DNA of 64,000 bases from positions 65,615 to 129,614 of the forward strand of contig NMRA01000075.1 of assembly GCA_002633005.1 (NCBI GenBank). The letters run 5' to 3'. Of this stretch, positions 62,073 through 64,000 are shown piece by piece; positions within the stretch are counted from its first letter, which is position 1; every line of letters begins with the position of its first letter. The translations under genes and the position numbers were made by a program. The notes under the pieces are model-generated. The model had not been told where the DNA came from. It ran no database searches and saw nothing but the letters and a program-made list of their open reading frames with translations. Origin of the DNA: Phoronis australis (taxonomy: Eukaryota > Animalia > Phoronida).

Positions 62073-64000
62073 CTTCATGCGCCGAGCCGTTCCAAGGAAT
62101 AACAAACTGGCAATTATTTGCAAGTCCAGAAAGCACCTTTTATTTGAATAAGGAACGATTTGAAACCAATTTTAAGGTTATAGGTGGTCTATAAACTCAA
62201 AAGTTCGCTTTCCAACGGAAAGCGGGGCATACCTGTTAAAACAAAATGTTCGAATACATTAAACGTCGGCAAGTAAAAGTCATTCCGTCAGAACTGCACA
62301 ATGAGGTTCAAAATACGAAAAGGCGAAGAGTCAAAAGCAATTTAGATCTAACCTGGCTTGGCTGGGTATTCTCCTAGGATCGTTTAACTTTCTGGACCAA
62401 AATAACCTCTGGTGTCAAAATGTCCCCAAGTACCCTCATAACGGATTTTACGACAAAATATCCTACGATAGAGCTGATTTATATATCATATCTTTCAGGA
62501 ACCCCCCATAGTTTGAGTGTGTTCCTCTGGATTGCATTACGAAAACATGCCAGATGATGGAGTATATACCAGATAATTTATAGAATACCACTTTTGCAAA
62601 TTGTAGCCATGTCAAGGGCATATAGTACTTGATAGCCAGATTCCACGCTGTTGCATTGCCACAGTGTTTTTAGTCATGAGACATCTGCGCAAAAATGACG
62701 AGAAAAATATCAATCAACTTGCAACTTTATGCACACAATAATGTCAACACTACCACTACTAGGAAAATAGAAATGTCACGTGACTAAAAATGGTTGCAAT
62801 ACACTGGCCACAAAAGATGTTTAACAACGCCGCTAACGTTAAATATTTTTTTTTCTTCGGAGTGTTTCCATGGATTTTAGTATTTTAGGACATTTCGTTG
62901 CTGTTGACTATTCTGGTTAGCTTTCCCTGTTTGTAAAAGTACAGGCTAGGTAGGACCCTAGAAAAATTTCCAAATCTGGCTAAATTTGGAACATCCCTAG
63001 ACTGGTGCGCTTCAGTTGGGGCAAGAATTCTGTTATGGAACAGGAAGAACGAAATCTATCACAACCTAAGTGACCCATCTCTTCAGTGGCTGCCATTTTG
63101 TAAGTCAATCGCGGTGAGCTCAGGAGCATTCGCACAAAACACTCGCCTTTCAAACAGGTGATTTTGCGAGGTCGTACACTATCTTGCTTTTTCACACATT
63201 CTTGGGTTTGCCAACTGCATCCCTGGCCAACTCAATACAATGTGACCTAGCTTGCTCGAGCTAAAACATTAGGTTAAGCACTGCTTTCATTTGAAATAAT
63301 TACGCATGTTCTATTCAGTGAAAATGGCAATTAATACAATTAAATAGGTTTATTTAATAGACATGTGACATCGAACTATTATGATTTATGCTGCCTTGTA
63401 TCCGAAGGTGAGGAATTAACTAAATTTTAGTGCAAAACATCTTTCACATACAACAGTTAAGAAACAAGTCAACAAATATTTTTGTCTCGTTAAGACAATG
63501 GCACGTGAAAATATTCCATCTATGTTTCCCACCAACGTCTACAAGTTAGATGCCTTTGTAGAAAAATTGTCAATTTTTTAAATTACTGAACGCACTTTTC
63601 ACTGTTACACTGTTACCAGTCGCAGAACAGTAAAAGTGTTTCAGTATGCAGTAATGCCACAACAGCGACGGAATTCTCACTAGATCTATTCCTTTTTATA
63701 ACCCAAGGCAATGAGACAAATGTCAAGTTTGCCTTTTTTTTGCCAAATCACATAAGAATAAATACTCTCAACAAATCATTCATGGTACCAGTGATATCAG
63801 GCAGAATCTCAAAGGGACACTATCGGTAAGGAAAGTTATTTACCAAGATGAGTATCAGCACGGAATAGGACATGTCACCCCGTGGTCACAGTCCAACACT
63901 CGGCTGGTGGAGCTAGACCACACTCAATAAATTCCATATTTAACTTGTAAAATCAAATGGCTGGCAGACAATGACGAGAATTGCCAATTTGTAATGACCT

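Noticed and set aside
58800-64000. Short ORFs and a GTAAGT donor at ~59189 suggesting a divergent gene
   Set aside because: I could not assemble a phase-consistent or recognisable protein. A non-coding first exon cannot be excluded.

Overview
This is intron-rich animal genomic DNA, probably from a marine invertebrate (lineage is inference). Single Ns occur at 22826, 33192, 37245, 45235 and 60695. The ORF track is mostly noise, but three spliced genes can be assembled by hand with consistent GT/AG phases. (1) Plus strand, 550-18541, 5'-incomplete: a divergent contactin/L1-type receptor with only four Ig domains, a TM helix and a Ser/Arg-rich tail. (2) Minus strand, 38952 to ~23675, last exon unresolved: basigin/neuroplastin with three Ig domains, tail-to-tail with gene 1. 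(3) Minus strand, 58154-43959: a complete 14-exon, 511-aa ARIH1 (ariadne-1 RBR E3 ligase). Introns hold a truncated LOA-like LINE with nested MITEs, several non-autonomous DNA-transposon families and minisatellites. The most unusual signals are the 4-Ig-plus-TM receptor, a candidate 42-nt cassette exon inside ARIH1 RING1, and ARIH1 introns carrying tandem arrays of splice-site copies or look-alikes.
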